NCBI GenBank assembly: GCA_958295765.1
Contig: CATQHB010000002.1
Span: 2,032,091 to 2,096,090, forward strand
Length of the DNA stretch: 64,000 nucleotides
Direction of reading: 5' to 3'
Source: an uncultured Dehalococcoidia bacterium
Lineage (GTDB): Bacteria > Chloroflexota > Dehalococcoidia > Lucifugimonadales > UBA3495
Part shown: positions 30,157-39,904 of the stretch, in pieces
Layout: each line of letters begins with the position of its first letter
Position numbering within the stretch: the first letter of the stretch is position 1
Notes under the pieces: model-generated
The model's database searches: none
The model's input: only the letters and a program-made list of their open reading frames with translations
What the model was told of the DNA's origin: nothing
Position numbers and translations under genes: made by a program

Positions 30157-30538
30157 GTGGGGTTTTGCAAAGCCATGTAGGGGCGTTTCGCGAAACGCCC
30201 CTACCGGATAGGGACGGGTGGTTCGACAAGCTCACCAGTGGAACGGACGGCCGGGTAAGCAGGGTTTTGCAAAGCCACGTAGGGGCGTTTCGCGAAACGC
30301 CCCTACCGGATAGGAACGGGTGGTTCGACAAGCTCACCATGAGCGGATTTTGTTATTGGTCAGGAATTACACAGTTGATATGTCATTCTAACCAATTAGT
30401 CTGTCATTCCGACCGCAGGGAGGAATCTAAAATCCCCGGCCTTTGCCAATTTCCGGTTCCGGCAGAAACCCGGCTTATGAAGGAGTTTAGATTCCTCGCT
30501 ACGCTCGGAATGACATAGAGCTTTCCCCGGAATGACAT
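30150..30538. repeat. Composite repeat patch: a ~102-bp unit (family F palindrome plus family A arm) duplicated in tandem, then family D copies
   Basis: GTAGGGGCGTTTCGCGAAACGCCCCTAC at 30177-30204 and 30279-30306, each followed by GGTGGTTCGACAAGCTCACCA. GTCATTCC / GGAATGAC family D elements occupy 30382-30538. Confidence 0.9.
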
Positions 30539-30670
30539 AGAATTTCCCTCGGAACGACATCGACCTTTCAATATAGAACTTTCACTAATGCCGGGCTTTC
30601 AATGTTCTATAGCCACCGGCACAACGACATTATCCTGAACCGGACTGCTTGATTGTTGGGGGGGATAACT

Positions 30671-31708
30671 TTGCCGGCCCACGTTATTTATGGAGACAGT
30701 TTCCTGGTTTCCGAGGCGTTAAAGGGGCTGGAACGGGAGGCGGGGGCCGATGGGCTGCTGGAGGCCAACCGCCACCAGCTTAACGGCGGCCAACTGACCC
30801 CGCCGGAGTTGCTGGCCGTCTGCAACGCCCTGCCCTTTATGGATGCCTGCCGCCTGGTGGTAGTTACCGGGCTGCTGGCTACCCTGGAACGCCGGACGGG
30901 GCAGAGCCGGAGCCGGGGCCGAACCACCGCCGGCCGTTCCGCCCCGGCGGGCCGTGCTTTGGGCGCCTGGGACGGGTTGGCGGCGGCTATCCCCCAAATG
31001 CCGGATACCACCCGGCTGTTCCTGGTGGATCACGCCCTTGCCGAGTCCAACCCGCTGCTCCGGGAACTGAAAGGGGTAACCCAAGTTCAGGTTCAACACC
31101 TGCCGGCCCCCACCGGCGAGGCCCTGGCCCGCTACGTCAAGGGCCTGGCCCAGCAAAAGGGGGCCAGCATCAGCCCGGCGGCCATCAAAACCCTGACCGA
31201 CCTGGTGGACAACGACCTCTGGACCCTGGACCGGGAATTGGAAAAGCTGTCCCTCTACGCCGCCGGACGGGGGATTGAGGAGAAGGACGTTCAGGAGTTG
31301 GTCTCCCAAGTGCGCGAGGCCAGCATTTTCAACGCGGTGGACGCGATGATTGACGGGCGGCCGGCGGTGGCCCTCCGCCTGTTGCAGCAGCTACGGCAGG
31401 ACGGCGCGGCCCTGCCCTACATCATCGGAATGATTGAGCGTCAACTGCGCCTGGTGGCCCTGGCCCGGTACTGGTCCGAGCAGCGGGTTCCCCAGCAGGA
31501 ACTGGCCGGAAAGCTGGGCGTCCCGCCCTTTGCCGTGCGCAAGACGGTGGAACAGGCCCGCCGCAACCCCTGGCCGGACATCGACCGGCGTTACCAACGG
31601 CTCCTGGCGGCTGACCTGGCAATCAAAACCGGGCAGGTAGAATCGGAAGACCTGGCCCTGGAACTGCTGGTAGCCGACCTGGCCGCCCCCGGCCGGCGGT
31701 CAGCCTGA
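30671..31708 (+). CDS. holA: DNA polymerase III delta subunit
   Basis: HolA-like N-terminus (HVIYGDSFLVSEAL) and a helical C-terminal domain. I chose the TTG at 30671, which follows GGGGGGA; the track ORF starts at TTG 30653. Confidence 0.75.
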   Translation: MPAHVIYGDSFLVSEALKGLEREAGADGLLEANRHQLNGGQLTPPELLAVCNALPFMDACRLVVVTGLLATLERRTGQSRSRGRTTAGRSAPAGRALGAWDGLAAAIPQMPDTTRLFLVDHALAESNPLLRELKGVTQVQVQHLPAPTGEALARYVKGLAQQKGASISPAAIKTLTDLVDNDLWTLDRELEKLSLYAAGRGIEEKDVQELVSQVREASIFNAVDAMIDGRPAVALRLLQQLRQDGAALPYIIGMIERQLRLVALARYWSEQRVPQQELAGKLGVPPFAVRKTVEQARRNPWPDIDRRYQRLLAADLAIKTGQVESEDLALELLVADLAAPGRRSA

Positions 31709-31811
31709 ACCGTAGCCTTAATTCCCGCTATCATCCCCATAGGGACGAGTTATAAACCCGCCCCTACCATCTACCGGCACCGTTCCGGGTAAGCAATACC
31801 AGGAAAACCGG

Positions 31812-32786
31812 TCATTCGGCCACCATGGGGTTGTAGCAGGCGGCCCAATGGCGGGGCGCCAGCTCCTCCAGGGGCGGGCGCGGTTCCTGGCGGCATTGAC
31901 TCAGGGCCTTGGGGCAGCGGGGCAGGAAGGCACATTCCTCCGGCAGGTTCACCATATCCGGCGGGCTGCCCTGCAAGGGCCGCAGCCGCTTGCCCACGTC
32001 ATCCAGCCGGGGCAACGCCTGGAGCAGCGACCAGGTATAGGGATGCCGCGGCTCCCGGAACAGGGGGATAACGTCGGCCGTTTCCGCCAGGGCGCCGCCG
32101 TACATCACGGCGACCCGGTGGCCCATGTGGGCTACGATGCCCAGATCGTGGGTGATGAGCAGGACGGCCGAGTTCAGTTCCCGGCACAGGCCCTTCAGCC
32201 GCTCCAGGATTTCCGCTTGCAGCGTAACGTCCAGCCCCGAAGTGGCCTCGTCGGCAATCAGCAGCCGGGGCCGCATTACCAGGGCAATCGCCAGCATCAC
32301 CCGCTGGCACATTCCCCCGCTGAGGTTGAAGGGATATTCGCCCAGGATGCGCCGAGGATCCGGCAGCCCCAATTCCCGCAGCACTTCCTGGGCCATTCGG
32401 CTGGCCTCCCGGGAGGACTTGTCGGTGTGGGTCAGGATGACCTCTTCCAGTTGCGCGCCCACCGTCTGCACCGGGTTCAGGGCAGTCTGAGCGTCCTGAA
32501 AGACCATGGATATATCCTTGCCCCGGATACTCCGCAGATGCTCCGGGCTGGCCCGCAGCAAGTCCACGCCGTCAAAGATAATGCGGCCCTGCAACACCGA
32601 CGCCGATTGCGGCAGCAGGCCCATAATCGCCAGGGCCAGGGTCGATTTGCCGGCGCCGCTCTCGCCAACGATGCAGTAAATCTGATTCTCTTCCATGGAA
32701 AAGCTGACCCCGTTCAGCGCCTTCACCGGGCCGGCGACGGTTCCAAACTCCACGTACAGGTCTTCTACAATCAGCGACTCACTCAT
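31812..32786 (-). CDS. Oligopeptide-type ABC transporter ATP-binding protein (orphan, DppD-like)
   Basis: GESGAGKST, LSGGMCQR, LIADEATSGLD, PRHPYTWSL. Confidence 0.88.
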   Translation of the reverse strand: MSESLIVEDLYVEFGTVAGPVKALNGVSFSMEENQIYCIVGESGAGKSTLALAIMGLLPQSASVLQGRIIFDGVDLLRASPEHLRSIRGKDISMVFQDAQTALNPVQTVGAQLEEVILTHTDKSSREASRMAQEVLRELGLPDPRRILGEYPFNLSGGMCQRVMLAIALVMRPRLLIADEATSGLDVTLQAEILERLKGLCRELNSAVLLITHDLGIVAHMGHRVAVMYGGALAETADVIPLFREPRHPYTWSLLQALPRLDDVGKRLRPLQGSPPDMVNLPEECAFLPRCPKALSQCRQEPRPPLEELAPRHWAACYNPMVAE

Positions 32787-32805
32787 TTATCCCGCCTGCC
32801 AAGGT

Positions 32806-33486
32806 TTAACTTCCGGCTGGGTTTGCCCGGCGGCCGGCTCCGTTCAACACTTCGGGCCGGAACCGGCCGGCCTTGATTTCCCGAATCAGGTCGGCCAGGC
32901 CGCGGACCGGGCGCTCAAACCGGGTGGCGACGGTGCCCAGTTGCTCCAGGCGGTGGGCGTCGCTGCCCCCGGTGGACGCCAGGTTAAGGGCAGCCCCCAG
33001 GTCCCGGGAAAAGTCATTCTCCGCTGGCAGCCCGCGCCCGTTGACGCCCTCGATAGCGTCGCACAGGGAAAAGAAATTATCGGCGGCGGCCCGCTCCAGC
33101 ATTTCCGCTCTAGCCTGCGGTTCCCGGCCCGGCTCGGCCAGGAACCGGCGCCGGTAGGGATGGGCCGCCACCATTGCGCCCCGGCAGCGGTCAACCGACT
33201 GGCGCAGAAAGGCCGGCCGGTGCAGGCCAAAGACATAGCGCTCCAGGCCGAAAACCAGGATATGGCCGGCGTCAGTGTTGATTTCACTGCCGGGCAGCAC
33301 CAGAAAATCGTGCCGCCGGGACAAGGCTTGCACCGCGTCCAAAGGCCAGAAATCATCATGGTCGGTCAGGCAAATCCCGTCCAACCCCAAGTCTTTAGCC
33401 CGGTCGATGCAATCATCTACGCCGACAAAGCTGTCATCGGATTTGGGGTAGCTATGGGTATGCAGGTCAATCAGCAAAAGCAGCAA
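32806..33486 (-). CDS. PHP-domain metal-dependent phosphoesterase
   Basis: IDLHTHSYPKSDDS ... LTDHDDF ... GSDAH motifs of the PHP family. Confidence 0.75.
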   Translation of the reverse strand: MLLLLIDLHTHSYPKSDDSFVGVDDCIDRAKDLGLDGICLTDHDDFWPLDAVQALSRRHDFLVLPGSEINTDAGHILVFGLERYVFGLHRPAFLRQSVDRCRGAMVAAHPYRRRFLAEPGREPQARAEMLERAAADNFFSLCDAIEGVNGRGLPAENDFSRDLGAALNLASTGGSDAHRLEQLGTVATRFERPVRGLADLIREIKAGRFRPEVLNGAGRRANPAGS

Positions 33487-33630
33487 TCATAACTAAAGAA
33501 AGTTGGTCTGCCGGGCGGCTTGACCCGGCAGACCAATAATACCACAACCGCCGTTGCCGACGGGAGGTTACTTACCAATGAGCAGGGGCATCGCAGGGTA
33601 TTCTCAACATTTGTTGATATTAGTGCCGGG

Positions 33631-33749
33631 GTAGGGGCGGGTTTGTAACCCGCCCTGCGTTCAAGGGCAGAGACATCACCGGAAACGGGTCTGCCAGATC
33701 CGACCCATTCCTGCACCCAGGAAAGGGCGGGTTACAAACCCACCCCTAC
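33631..33749. repeat. Family B repeat, inverted pair
   Basis: GTAGGGGCGGGTTTGTAACCCGCCC and GGGCGGGTTACAAACCCACCCCTAC. Confidence 0.85.
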
Positions 33750-33816
33750 CCGATAATAATACCAACACCTATTGAGAATACCAGGGATGAGGTTATTGCA
33801 ATCGCAGCATACCGGC

Positions 33817-35982
33817 CTAACGGGGGATTACCAACCCCTCCTCCTCCAGCATCTCTACAATCTGGGATGCCCGGCTGCCGCCAATTTTCAGGCGGCGTTC
33901 CAGCAGCGAGCTGGTCAGGTGAGGGTTGCGCAGGGCCAGTTCCCGGGCCTTCTCCAGCATATCCTCGTCCCCAAAATCCTCGTCGTCCCCGTCCTCCTCC
34001 GAATCATCCAGGGATATGGGGGGCAGGGGCGGGCCTTTCTGGTCCAGCCAGAACTGTACCAGTTCCTCAATTTCCTCGTCGAACACCAGGGTGCCTTGAA
34101 CCCGCCGGGGCTTGGGGGAATCGTTATTCACCAGCAGCATATCCCCCTTGCCCAGCAGTTTCTCCGCGCCCACCGAGTCCAGGATGACCCGGGCATCCAC
34201 CTGAGAGGCAACGGCAAAGGCGACCCGGGAGGGAATGTTGGCCTTGAGCAGGCCAGTAACTACCTTGACCGAGGGGCGCTGAGTCGCCAGTACCAAGTGG
34301 ATTCCGGCGGCCCGGCCCAACTGGGCCAGCCGCACCAGGGACTGCTCAATCTCATAGCCGCCCACCAGCATCAGGTCGGCCAACTCATCCACAATCAGCA
34401 CCAGGTAAGGCATCTGCTCTTTAGACTTGGCGTTGAAACCGGCGATGTTGCGGACGCCAATCTCCGCCATAGTCTTGTAGCGACTGGTCATTTCCCGAAT
34501 CAGCCCCTTGAGCATCGGGCTGACATCATCCACGTCGGTGATTACCGGAACTATCAGGTGGGGGATGCCGTTGAAGGGGGTCAACTCCACCTGCTTGGGG
34601 TCCACCATCAGCATCCGCAACTGGTCCGGCGGCTTGGTCAGCAGCATCGAGGCGACAATGGAGTTGATGCAGACGCTTTTGCCGCTGCCGGTGGCGCCGG
34701 CAATCATCATGTGGGGCAGGGCGGCCAAGTCCATTGCCACCGATTCACCGCCGGCGTCGGCGCCCAAAGCGATGGGGAGACCGCCTTTATCGACGATTTT
34801 GCGGAAGTCCTGAGAGTCCATTACCTCCCGCATCGTTACCTTGCTGGGCGTCGGCGTCGGCACTTCCAGGCCGAGGAGGGCCTCACCGGGCACCGGCTCA
34901 AAGCGCAGGTTGGGCGTGCTGAGGGCCAGGGACAAGTCCTTTTCCCTGGCCAGGATGCTGCCCACCTGAACCCGCCGCCGCTCCCCCGCCTCGGCGCCGT
35001 CGCCGCCGGCCGGCCCCTTTTTCTGCACCCAGCCGGGCAGCAGGCCAAAGCGGACAATACGCGGCCCGGATTTGATGTCGGTAACCTCCACGTTCACCCC
35101 GTAGTCGGAGAAGGCGCTTTCGATGCCGGCCGCCATTTTCTTGAGCGGCTTTTCGTCGGTTTCGTGAGACTCGGACGGGGCCAGCAAGTCCAGGGACGGT
35201 AGCTGCCATTGGGAGCCTTTGACCGTTACCGGCGCCATAGTTGGCGGCGGAACCGGGGGTGATTCCGGGGCCGCTTTTGGCGCAGCGTCGGGTAGAGCTG
35301 GGACTGCGCCGCCCGACTTGTCGGTCAAGGCCACCCACAGGCGACCGGGCAGGGAAATTACCGCGCTCAACCAGCCGGGGCGGGTTTCCGGGTTGGCAAG
35401 GGCGCGCCCGCCGCGAACCAGCGACACACCCAGCCAGCGCAGGGCCAACGCCAGGTAGCAGGCCCCATACCACAGGCCCTTGCCCAGGGTGAGCAGGGCC
35501 ACCCGGTAGCCTTGTCCAACTTTCCGGGGGCTGACAAGCAGGGGAATTACCAGCGCTATAGGCAGCAGGCGGGCGATGCCCCAAAGCAGAGACTCGCCAA
35601 CCATTGCGCTGCCCCAGCGACCGCCGAGGCTGGCAAAGGACAAGGCGCCGTATCCGGCATTGAAAAAAGAAAGCGTCCCCACCGCCAGGGCCACCAGCCC
35701 GGCCCCGGCCAGCCACCAGTTCCAGGGCCGGAACAGCCAGCGCGGACGGTAGCGCAGGACGGCCAGGGCAGCCAGACTCCAGACCAGTACCGGAACCCAG
35801 CCATAGCCCAGGGCGGTGTAGGCCCGGCCCCGGAAGTCCTCATAAAGCCAAAGCACCAGCCCGGCCGCCGCCAGGACGGACAGGATGATGCAAAGGTCCA
35901 GAACCAGGAAAAACCGGGAGCGCAGCCGGGCGTTATCCGTTGCCGCCGCCGTCCGGCGCATAGGTTGCGCGGATTCCACCAT
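33817..35982 (-). CDS. ftsK: DNA translocase FtsK
   Basis: N-terminal TM helices, a Pro-rich linker, the motor domain (HMMIAGATGSGKSV, LVLIVDELADLM, ATQRPSV), and a gamma winged-helix C-terminus. Confidence 0.93.
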   Translation of the reverse strand: MVESAQPMRRTAAATDNARLRSRFFLVLDLCIILSVLAAAGLVLWLYEDFRGRAYTALGYGWVPVLVWSLAALAVLRYRPRWLFRPWNWWLAGAGLVALAVGTLSFFNAGYGALSFASLGGRWGSAMVGESLLWGIARLLPIALVIPLLVSPRKVGQGYRVALLTLGKGLWYGACYLALALRWLGVSLVRGGRALANPETRPGWLSAVISLPGRLWVALTDKSGGAVPALPDAAPKAAPESPPVPPPTMAPVTVKGSQWQLPSLDLLAPSESHETDEKPLKKMAAGIESAFSDYGVNVEVTDIKSGPRIVRFGLLPGWVQKKGPAGGDGAEAGERRRVQVGSILAREKDLSLALSTPNLRFEPVPGEALLGLEVPTPTPSKVTMREVMDSQDFRKIVDKGGLPIALGADAGGESVAMDLAALPHMMIAGATGSGKSVCINSIVASMLLTKPPDQLRMLMVDPKQVELTPFNGIPHLIVPVITDVDDVSPMLKGLIREMTSRYKTMAEIGVRNIAGFNAKSKEQMPYLVLIVDELADLMLVGGYEIEQSLVRLAQLGRAAGIHLVLATQRPSVKVVTGLLKANIPSRVAFAVASQVDARVILDSVGAEKLLGKGDMLLVNNDSPKPRRVQGTLVFDEEIEELVQFWLDQKGPPLPPISLDDSEEDGDDEDFGDEDMLEKARELALRNPHLTSSLLERRLKIGGSRASQIVEMLEEEGLVIPR

Positions 35983-36176
35983 TTTGACCCCCGAAAATAG
36001 TCAAGAATAATACCGATGGTAATATCCTAGCGGAGACGGGGGCAAAACTTAAAGGAAGGAAATGCCAGGGATTTAAGCAGTTCCGGGGAAGTTCAGGGAA
36101 AGCCGAAGCGGGGCATAGGCATCAAGTTAAGGCGGCACAGATACAAACAAGCCACTCAATCCCCAAGCCGCCTTAT

Positions 36177-36478
36177 CCGCTCATGGTGAGCTTGTCGAAC
36201 CACCACCCTGTCCTTCGACAGGCTCAGGATGAGCGGCTCTATGGGCTACCCAACCCGCTCATGGTGAGCTTGTCGAACCATCCGCACCACCCTTCGACAG
36301 GCTCAGGATGAGCGGCGCTATGGGCCACCCAGCCCGCTCATGGTGAGCTTGTCGAACCACCACCCCGTCCTTCGACAAGCTCAGGATGAGCGGTACTATG
36401 GGCCACTCAACCCGCTCATGGTGAGCTTGTCGAACCACCCACCCCGTCCTTCGACCAACTCAGGATGAGCGGCGCAAT
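36177..36478. repeat. Tandem array of four complete family A hairpins (period 78-79 bp)
   Basis: CCGCTCATGGTGAGCTTGTCGAACCA..CCTTCGACAGGCTCAGGATGAGCGG units start at 36177, 36255, 36334 and 36412. They are separated by the conserved linker C(T/G)CTATGGGC(T/C)AC. Confidence 0.95.
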
Positions 36479-36490
36479 GGGGCAAGCCGG

Positions 36491-38155
36491 TCAGACTTCC
36501 AGCAGCACCGGTACTATAGTGGGGCGGCGGCGGGCTTCGGTTTGCAGGAACCGGCGGACGCTGTCCCGGATTTTGTTCTTCAGCCGGTCTTGGCGGTCAA
36601 GCAACTCCGGGCTGTCGGTCAACAAATCGTCCACCAGGCCGGACAGGGTGCGGAAAAGGGCGTCAGTTTCGTTGGCCTCCATAAATCCGCTGGCAAGCAC
36701 CTTGGTCGGGCTGGCCGGGGCGCCGGTGTTCCGGTCAACGGACACCACCACCACCACCACGCCGTCTTTAGCCAGGGCGCGCCGCTCCCGCAGCACTTGA
36801 CTCTGTATGTCCCGGGCGCTGGGGCCGTCAATCAGTACCGGACTGGCCGAAACGGTTTCCACCACCTGGCCGCCGGACTCCGACAACTCCAGCACGTCGC
36901 CGTCCTCCAGCACGAAAATGCCGGCTTCCGCCACGCCCATATCCCAGGCCAGGCGGGCGTGGGCCATCAGGTGGCGGTACTCGCCATGCACCGGCACAAA
37001 GTAGCGGGGCTGGGTCAGGCTCAACATCATTTTCAGCTCTTCCTGGCTGGCGTGGCCGTGAACGTGAACCAGGGCAATCCGGTCGTAAAGCACCTTGGCC
37101 CCCTGTCGCAGCAGGTTGTCAATGGTGCGGCTGACCAGCAGTTCGTTGCCCGGAATCGGCGTTGCCGAGATTACCACCGTGTCGCCCTCCATCACGGATA
37201 CGTCCCGGTGGTCCTGATTGGCGATACGCACCAGGGCGGAGGTAGGCTCGCCCTGGCTGCCGGTAGTCAGCAGCACCACCCGTTCCGGGGGATAGCCCCG
37301 GATTTCGTTGAGGGAAAGCAGCAGGTCCGGGGGCAGGGACAGGTAGCCCATTTCGGCGGCCATGCTCACGTTATCGGCCATGCTGCGGCCCACGATACTG
37401 ACCTTGCGGTGGTGGCGCGCCGCCGCGTCGATAACCTGCTGGATGCGGGAAATGAGGGAGGCAAAGGTAGCCACCATCACCCGCCCGGTGGCGTCGCCGA
37501 TAGCCCGATCCAGGGAATCGGCCAGTATCTGCTCCGAGGGGGTGTAGCCGGGGACTTCCGCATAAGTGGAGTCGGAACACAGGAGCAGCACGCCGTCCTT
37601 GCCGTGCTGGGCCAGGGTATTCAGGTCAATGGTATGCCCGTCCACCGGCGTGTGGTCAATCTTGAAATCGCCGGTATGAATAACCGTGCCTAAAGGGGTA
37701 CTGAGGGCAATGCCCATAGCGTCGGGGATGCTGTGGCAAACCCGGAACCAACTGGCCTTAAAGTTGTCGCCAAACTGGTAGGAAACGTCCGGGTCAATCG
37801 GCTCCACCACCGCGTCCCGGGTGGCCCGGTGTTCCCGCAACTTTACCGAAATCAAGCCGTGGGCCAGCCGGGGAGCGTAAACCGGCACGTCCAGTTGGGG
37901 CAGGACGTGGGGCAGGGCGCCGATATGGTCTTCGTGGCCGTGGGTGATGAGGATGCCCCGAACCCGGTCGGCCCGCTCCACCAGATAGGAAACGTCGGGG
38001 ATAATCAGGTCAACGCCCAGCATTTCCTCAGTAGGGAATTGGACGCCGCAGTCAACGACGACAATATCGTCGCCGCACTCCAGGGCCATCATATTTTTGC
38101 CGATTTCGCCGAGGCCGCCGAGGGGTATAACGCGCAAGTTATGGTGATGATTCAA
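36491..38155 (-). CDS. rnj: Ribonuclease J
   Basis: LRVIPLGGLGEIGKNM, ITHGHEDHIGALP (MBL), plus beta-CASP and C-terminal domains. Confidence 0.92.
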   Translation of the reverse strand: MNHHHNLRVIPLGGLGEIGKNMMALECGDDIVVVDCGVQFPTEEMLGVDLIIPDVSYLVERADRVRGILITHGHEDHIGALPHVLPQLDVPVYAPRLAHGLISVKLREHRATRDAVVEPIDPDVSYQFGDNFKASWFRVCHSIPDAMGIALSTPLGTVIHTGDFKIDHTPVDGHTIDLNTLAQHGKDGVLLLCSDSTYAEVPGYTPSEQILADSLDRAIGDATGRVMVATFASLISRIQQVIDAAARHHRKVSIVGRSMADNVSMAAEMGYLSLPPDLLLSLNEIRGYPPERVVLLTTGSQGEPTSALVRIANQDHRDVSVMEGDTVVISATPIPGNELLVSRTIDNLLRQGAKVLYDRIALVHVHGHASQEELKMMLSLTQPRYFVPVHGEYRHLMAHARLAWDMGVAEAGIFVLEDGDVLELSESGGQVVETVSASPVLIDGPSARDIQSQVLRERRALAKDGVVVVVVSVDRNTGAPASPTKVLASGFMEANETDALFRTLSGLVDDLLTDSPELLDRQDRLKNKIRDSVRRFLQTEARRRPTIVPVLLEV

Positions 38156-38201
38156 GTTTAAGCCAATTCCTAACCGGTTCTGGACCGGTGCCGGTTGATT
38201 T

Positions 38202-38825
38202 CTAAAAGAGCGACATTTGTTCCGGCGGCGGCGTCTCTTCCACCACCGGCTCAGGCTGGAGAGCCGGCTGCCGCCGGGCCTCCTCCAGGATCGTGGGAAT
38301 CCTCTGAAAGTCTTCGACTATGGCGCTCCGCATTTCCTGCCGGTAGAGGGCCGCCGCCGGGTGCATTACCGGGTAGATACGCCGTCCGTCCCGCTCCCGG
38401 AGCCGGCCCCTGGCCCGGCTGATGCTTTCGCCGGGAAAGAACCGGGCCAGAGAAAACCGGCCCAGGGTAACGATGAGCCGGGGGTTAATCAACTCAATCT
38501 GGCGGTTCAGGTACTTGCTGCAAGCGCCAATCTCCGCCGGCAGCGGGTCTCGATTCTGCGGCGGGCGGCACTTGACCATATTGGCAATAAAGACCCGGTC
38601 CCGGCGCAGCCCGATTGAGGCCAGCAACTCATCCAGAAAACGGCCCGCCGGCCCGACAAAGGGACGGCCCTGCAAGTCCTCCTGAGAACCCGGCCCCTCC
38701 CCGATAAACATCAACTCGGCGTCAGCCGCGCCTTCCCCCGGAACTGCGTTGGTACGTCCCCGATGCAAGTCGCAATCGGCGCATCGGGAAACTAACCGGG
38801 CTATTTCTTCCAGGCTATCCATCAT
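38202..38825 (-). CDS. Uracil-DNA glycosylase, family 4
   Basis: CADCDLHRGRTNAVPGEG, FIGEGPG and GRPFVGPAG motifs. Confidence 0.88.
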   Translation of the reverse strand: MMDSLEEIARLVSRCADCDLHRGRTNAVPGEGAADAELMFIGEGPGSQEDLQGRPFVGPAGRFLDELLASIGLRRDRVFIANMVKCRPPQNRDPLPAEIGACSKYLNRQIELINPRLIVTLGRFSLARFFPGESISRARGRLRERDGRRIYPVMHPAAALYRQEMRSAIVEDFQRIPTILEEARRQPALQPEPVVEETPPPEQMSLF

Positions 38826-38921
38826 AGTTCACTGGCATAGTTCACTGGTGCAATGGTAACGCCGGCCGGGAGAGTCTGCCGGGGCAATCGTACCATAAAC
38901 CCGTCAAACCCGTCTCATAAA

Positions 38922-39018
38922 CCCGTCGTTCCGGCGAAAGCCGGAATCCAGGAAATCCCCCGGGAAAGAGCGATCCGGCACCGAGCGTTCTGGATTCCGG
39001 CTTTCGCCGGAACGACGG
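38922..39018. repeat. Family C repeat, inverted pair
   Basis: CCCGTCGTTCCGGCGAAAGCCGGAATCCAGGAAATCC ... CTGGATTCCGGCTTTCGCCGGAACGACGG. Confidence 0.9.
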
Positions 39019-39107
39019 TTGCCAAGGTTAAAAGGCAACACATCATCCCCACCGGAGATGAGCCAGAGGTAAGCACGAAAGCCGGCTAACTTGGAACAAC
39101 CGCCGGG

Positions 39108-39368
39108 TTACTCGCTGACGACGCCGTGCTCAATCAGGTAGCTTATGGCATCGCCAACCGTGCGGATGTTGGCGGCGTCATCGTCGGAGATTTCCACCTG
39201 ATTATCGTCGGTGGAAAACTCCTCCTCAAAGGCCATAATCAGTTCTACCAGGTCCAGGGAGTCGGCGTTGAGGTCATCGACAAAGGAGGAGCTTTCCTCC
39301 ACGTCCTCGGCTTCAACTCCCAGCTTATCCACCACGATGGACTTGACTCGTTCATTAACGGAGGCCAA
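39108..39368 (-). CDS. acpP: Acyl carrier protein
   Basis: 86 aa with the [20 protein letters not shown] phosphopantetheine-site motif. Confidence 0.92.
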   Translation of the reverse strand: MASVNERVKSIVVDKLGVEAEDVEESSSFVDDLNADSLDLVELIMAFEEEFSTDDNQVEISDDDAANIRTVGDAISYLIEHGVVSE

Positions 39369-39372
39369 AAGG

Positions 39373-39849
39373 TCATCCCCCTTCAGACGCAGGTTTATCC
39401 GGGTCCAGTTCTCCCCGGGACAAGGCCGCCATCACCGATCCCAGCACCCCGTTGACGAACCGGGCCGTGCTTTCGCTGCCGAAGACTTTAGCCAATTCCA
39501 CGGCCTCGTTAATCGCAGTCTTGGCGGGAGTGTTAGTATAGTGGAGCAATTCAAACAAAGCGATACGCAGGATGTTGCGGTCAACCGGCGACAGGAGCTG
39601 CACCGGCCAGGCCGGAGCGTAAACCTGGATTAACTCATCCAGCGCCGCCCGCCTTTCCTGCACGCCCCGCAGCAGCGTTTGAGAAAACGCCATTACGTCG
39701 GCTAGATCCTGCGGATGCAGCGGATTTTCTTCGGCCAGCCATTCCAAGGAGAACTCCTCAAAGTCCCCCCGGACATCGCTGGCAAAACCGGCCTGCAAGG
39801 CCATCATCCGCGCCGTCCGTCTCGGGTCGTTGGTTAATACCTTGGGCAT
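39373..39849 (-). CDS. nusB: Transcription antitermination factor NusB
   Basis: [13 protein letters not shown] ... [11 protein letters not shown] pattern. Start moved to M43 of the track ORF, which removes the overlap with fabD. Confidence 0.8.
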   Translation of the reverse strand: MPKVLTNDPRRTARMMALQAGFASDVRGDFEEFSLEWLAEENPLHPQDLADVMAFSQTLLRGVQERRAALDELIQVYAPAWPVQLLSPVDRNILRIALFELLHYTNTPAKTAINEAVELAKVFGSESTARFVNGVLGSVMAALSRGELDPDKPASEGG

Positions 39850-39904
39850 AATCACCAAAGGGCAGCCTGATGCCTGACTAAACTGCCCGGTTATTACCGA
39901 ATTC

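Noticed and set aside
36177-36478. Possible CRISPR array (regularly spaced ~25-bp repeats)
   Set aside because: The repeats are the two inverted arms of family A hairpins, which occur all over the window. The intervening segments are 8-20 bp and are themselves conserved between units, so they are not unique 30-40-bp spacers. No cas genes or leader are present.
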